Source: Calditrichales bacterium (GTDB taxonomy: Bacteria > Calditrichota > Calditrichia > Calditrichales > J004). From it: a DNA stretch of 64,000 bases. The translations under genes were made by a program, and so were the position numbers. This document shows positions 61,001 to 64,000 of the stretch, one piece after another. Each line of letters opens with the position of its first letter. The stretch's first letter is position 1. The notes below the pieces were generated by a model. It was not told where the DNA came from. It saw only the letters and a program-made list of their open reading frames with translations, and made no database searches. The DNA lies in the NCBI GenBank assembly GCA_965267575.1, contig OZ254086.1:640001-704000 (forward strand). The letters are read 5' to 3'.

Positions 61001-61873
61001 AGCATCGCCGAATTCACCGCTGATATAAAAAAGAACATCTCCGTTACCTTTAGCTGCCCGGATGGCGTTCTGCCCGTTCTGGCAGATGCGGGACAGCTTG
61101 ATCAAATCCTGCAACAGGTGCTGCAAAATGCGGCGGATGCCATAGAACATGAAGGCCGCATTGAGGTGGACTGCGGTTTCCGGCAGCTGACGCGCAAAGA
61201 AATACCCGAAGCACACGGTCTGGAAGAGGGCACGTATGTATTCATATCCGTGCGCGATAATGGCCGTGGCATCAGTGAAGAAATCCGGGACAAAATTTTT
61301 GAGCCTTTTTACACCACAAAAGAGCGCGCCCGCGGCAGCGGTCTGGGCCTCTCCGTTGTACATGGCTATCTTAACAGCAACAAGGCGTTTGCCCGCGTCG
61401 ATTCGGTCCCGGGGGAAGGCACGACATTTAGCCTCTTTTTTCCGGCAGGCAAGCTGCAGGAGCAGCCGGATAAGCGCAGCAATAAACCGCGGCAAACCGT
61501 CGAGGCAAAAGGAACCGTGCTAGTAATCGATGACGAAAGCAGTATGCGTGAAATGATAAAAGACGCCTTGCAGATGAAGGATTACACTGTGGACGGCGCG
61601 TCCGGCGGTGAAGAGGGTCTTGCCCTGATCCAAAGCGGCAAGAAATATAAGCTCATTATTCTCGACATGATCATGCCGGGTATGGGTGGTGACGAGGTTC
61701 TGCTCCACCTGCGTGAAATGGATTTCTGCGGCAAAGTTCTCGTCATATCGGGCTTTAGCAATAAGACACATTTTGAGCGCGGCGCTTCCATCAAACCGGA
61801 CGGATTTCTGGAAAAGCCTTTCACGGTTGAACAGCTTCAGGAGAAAGCCGGCCGTTTACTGACCTCCGCGTAA
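58067..61873 (+). CDS. hybrid sensor kinase: beta-propeller, Y_Y_Y, TM, PAS, HisKA/HATPase, receiver
   Basis: Repeated QD..GR.W..S..G propeller motifs, YMLEGFD..W, AHDFNN, DNGRGI, GLGL, ILDMIMPG. Confidence 0.9.
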   Translation: MQGFSKSIFFCLIFGALSLFGQQYPVKNYTIDEGLPSPNIMDVDQDPSGRMWFASRAGIISYDGFSWTHHKKLFLDHARFVSADRGNVIWAASSHLRYGIAYFSDESWHILNPDASMPDYILTDLVLSEKNGHTEIYLATSVGVVVHYNGREWKRYDNRHGLPAAHIYKMKMAGNALYVLAKNGIYHLNGDRFEKIDISFDNMHRVLGFTFGLRGQLIAVGRGWIAVQKGNTFEYKAFERVYNIYEFSNIFLDDRNRLYIPTAFRLLQYDLDSGDIMELGRRNGLLMDVPSSVFQDREKNLWMIASVGISKISSRRFITLNKNSGLLNDEVSAIVEYKPGHFVLGHNTGYTFYDGENFTRVAVTEETGSLEHGVSRIWDLARQNDGTIWSASIFHGISRIKGNATTWYFKQDRPGHVSVCVDAKDRVWAMIKRGIYMFTGDTFKLFFTIPEGIGNARKIFAGTDGSLFLASDISGIIHIKKDKTYKVYRVTGNSFRNNTYALYAEENGNLLVGTAAGLSRVEGDSLAAARGFPPIDYPVYSIIRDDRENFWIGTDRGVVFWDGEKSRRFTHDDGLAGNEMNRSAALQDSKGRIWLGSDFGITIYDYNYDRSDIPAPVVEIGSVVHNDGEIAPAGTQKLHSPGNTIDINFAVISFRDENEIEAQYMLEGFDAQWVTQKPLRISEARYNRLPPGEYIFKLRARSPESAWSSIVQSSPIVITVPFYKRLWFALLVTALMVTMVFVSYLAVNRQKQARMLEEEVQRRTDELKLSEEKFRDFFRHSHDLLFFADASGIINEINAAGASLLDKENPAQVAGIPLDAFFEADPQWADTRSRLLETSSVRDVTLNLQTRSGLRIVLFSADLVFDKKGDVSGWRGTIKDITDRQKMHEQNSYLAKMETISQMAGGIAHDFNNLLGAILGYASLLKLKKSKQDADYGALETIEQSAQRGSLLTKQMLAFARRTRTVRTDFDLRARIEKSIAEFTADIKKNISVTFSCPDGVLPVLADAGQLDQILQQVLQNAADAIEHEGRIEVDCGFRQLTRKEIPEAHGLEEGTYVFISVRDNGRGISEEIRDKIFEPFYTTKERARGSGLGLSVVHGYLNSNKAFARVDSVPGEGTTFSLFFPAGKLQEQPDKRSNKPRQTVEAKGTVLVIDDESSMREMIKDALQMKDYTVDGASGGEEGLALIQSGKKYKLIILDMIMPGMGGDEVLLHLREMDFCGKVLVISGFSNKTHFERGASIKPDGFLEKPFTVEQLQEKAGRLLTSA

Positions 61874-61994
61874 TACCTCCCACACCGATTCTTTTACAGC
61901 TTATTAACCCAAACAGCCACAAGCAAAAGCAACCTTGTGGGGGCCTGGCCGTACTCTTAGTTTTTGCGCCACCAAAACAAACGGAGCCAAAATC

Positions 61995-64000
61995 GTGCGA
62001 GCCATTCTTCTTGCGCTTACCATCAGTACCATTTTATCCGCAGGGTCGCTTTCCTTTCAGAACCTTTCTCCGCGAAACGGCCTTTCCGATATCTTTGTCT
62101 CCGACATTGTCCAGGATCCCAACGGCTTTATCTGGCTGGCCACGCACGACGGCCTGAACCGTTTTGACGGCCAAAACATCCGTATTTTCCGTCATGAGCC
62201 GGGCGACTCGTCAGCGATTGCCGGCAGCTGGATTAACCGGCTGTTGTGCGATAAGGAAGGACGCATCTACTGCCAGCTTGGTATTGGTGGCGTGGCCGTA
62301 TATCACCCTGAGGATCAGCGCTTTAGCTGGCTCAATTCATCCAACGGCCTCAGCAGCAACCTGATACAGGATATGCAGGTCGATGATCAGGGCCGTGTCT
62401 GGCTGGCCACGCCCGCCGGCCTGGATATGATCCCGCCGGATTCCTCCAGACCATTGAGCATTACCTCCGCCGATGCTTACCGTATCGCTTTCGACGGCAG
62501 CGGCGGCATTTGGCTGGCTCTGAAAAACGGCGGTATTATGCGTCTTTTCCTTCAGCCCGACGGGCAGTTCAGCCAACAGCTTTTCGCGGAATTTGAGGCG
62601 CGCATCAGCACGATGCTGGCGCGCGGCAAAAATGTCTGGGTGGCCACGCAAAACGGCCAGATCATGGTGTTCCGGGTGGAAAAAGGGGACGCCTATTACG
62701 AGACAATCTATACCATTTCCGACCGGGCCCCGGTGCTACGCATGGCCCTGCACGAAAACACGCTGTTTGCCCTTACCGCCAACGGGCTCGCGCGGATCGA
62801 AGAAAATATTATCCCCGGCAAGACAGGCTACATCTGGCAACCGGACAATCAACCAAACAGGCTTAGCAGCATGCGCCTGCTGGAATCCACCCGCGAGATC
62901 TGGATTACGGCCAATGGCGCCGCTCATTTTTACAGATTCGACCTGGCAACATCCACAATTCAAAAAGACTCTTTCACTTCACGCGCCCGGGCGCTCTATC
63001 TCACACGGATGTTCAAGGACGATCGCGGCGGCCTCTGGATTGCCAGCGAGCATGAAGGCGCTTTTTACCATACGCCCTACAAAAACGGGTTTACAAAAGT
63101 GCTCAGCGCTGAAAACAACATCACGGCGACAGAGACGACGGGCAAAAATATTTACGCGGCGGCGGGCGGAAAACTGGCCATTCTGCGCGATAAAAAAATC
63201 ATATGGCACGAAGATCCGGACGCCGGCCACATCAGTGCCCTGCATTATGACGAAAACAACGGGCTGTGGCTGGGAATGGCCGACGGCTCGTTAGCCCTTT
63301 GGGATACACTGGCGCGCACGATGATCTCTAAAAAACGCATAACCAAAAACGCGCCCATTCGCTGCATCACGGCTGAAGATGCCGACCATCTGTGGATCGG
63401 TACGGACAACAACGGGCTGGTACTTTTTAACCATCAAACAGGACACCGGCGTCTCTGGCATACCGGCAGCAGCCCGCAAAGCCTTTCGTCACCCTTTGTC
63501 TGGTCACTGTTGAACGAGGACAAATATCTGTGGATCGGGCTGGCGGCCGGCGGCCTGAACAGGCTGGACAAAAACAGCGGCCGCGTGGAGCGTTTTTTGC
63601 CCGGTGAGCCGCCATATCATCTAAACAATCTTACCGTTTCAGTGATGCATAAAGACAGCGCCGGCTACCTGTGGCTGGGCACATACAGCGGTGGTCTGAA
63701 CCGCTACGATCCCGTAACCGGTCACTTTAAGGCGCTCACTGAAAAAGACGGCCTTAGCGGCAACATGATAAAAGGTATTCTGGAAGCAGAGGACGGCTTT
63801 TTGTGGATCAGCACCAACGGAGGCGTAACAAGGCTTAACACGGTCGATCTCTCCATGACCCATTTTGACCGCAACGACGGACTGCAGGCGGCCGCGCTGC
63901 TTACCCGTGGTGTGGCTTTACGTGATCACGAAGGACGGCTCTATTTTGGAGGGCAGCATGGCCTGGACCGCATTGACCCGGCAGAGCTGCGCAGCAATCC
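61995..64000 (+). CDS. two-component regulator propeller protein, 5' part (runs off the window)
   Basis: Not in ORF track (no stop). GTG start with GGAG RBS; MRAILLALTISTILSAG...IVQDPNGFIWLATHDGLNRFDG; same frame gives GYLWLGTYSGGLNRYD near 63663 (spot-checked). Confidence 0.85.
   Translation, partial: MRAILLALTISTILSAGSLSFQNLSPRNGLSDIFVSDIVQDPNGFIWLATHDGLNRFDGQNIRIFRHEPGDSSAIAGSWINRLLCDKEGRIYCQLGIGGVAVYHPEDQRFSWLNSSNGLSSNLIQDMQVDDQGRVWLATPAGLDMIPPDSSRPLSITSADAYRIAFDGSGGIWLALKNGGIMRLFLQPDGQFSQQLFAEFEARISTMLARGKNVWVATQNGQIMVFRVEKGDAYYETIYTISDRAPVLRMALHENTLFALTANGLARIEENIIPGKTGYIWQPDNQPNRLSSMRLLESTREIWITANGAAHFYRFDLATSTIQKDSFTSRARALYLTRMFKDDRGGLWIASEHEGAFYHTPYKNGFTKVLSAENNITATETTGKNIYAAAGGKLAILRDKKIIWHEDPDAGHISALHYDENNGLWLGMADGSLALWDTLARTMISKKRITKNAPIRCITAEDADHLWIGTDNNGLVLFNHQTGHRRLWHTGSSPQSLSSPFVWSLLNEDKYLWIGLAAGGLNRLDKNSGRVERFLPGEPPYHLNNLTVSVMHKDSAGYLWLGTYSGGLNRYDPVTGHFKALTEKDGLSGNMIKGILEAEDGFLWISTNGGVTRLNTVDLSMTHFDRNDGLQAAALLTRGVALRDHEGRLYFGGQHGLDRIDPAELRSN

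Noticed and set aside
62593-63294. 233-aa plus-strand ORF
   Set aside because: Out-of-frame overlap with the propeller-sensor frame starting at 61995.

Overview
Chromosomal core-genome window from a Gram-negative bacterium (gene order and protein style suggest Calditrichota or an FCB relative; this is inference only). It holds the tRNA-tuf-rpmG-secE-nusG-rplKAJL cluster, rpsT, tig-clpP-clpX-lon, an S9 peptidase, pntAAB, a tyrosine-catabolism operon (hppD-fah-hmgA-flavin reductase-acyl-CoA ligase), a DASS transporter with a two-component pair, a thr operon, a divergent Opp/Dpp-like ABC cluster interrupted by a prephenate dehydratase-DAHP synthase fusion, and a signalling cluster. The most striking unexplained signal is two AT-rich four-helix-bundle (23S rRNA-IVP/Avd-like) genes inserted between genes of the tyrosine operon. 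Each is bracketed by its own family of degenerate 8-bp-period repeats in inverted orientation, which could loop the gene out of the mRNA; several mismatches are G.U-compatible on the sense strand. The same repeat families recur elsewhere as an ORF-less hairpin and as orphan arms at gene junctions, stacked with 6-bp and 7-bp arrays and a REP-like palindrome. This is a candidate transposase-free 'operon intervening sequence' system. Also notable is an intact MoaC-MoaB fusion whose catalytic motifs are degenerate in both domains.
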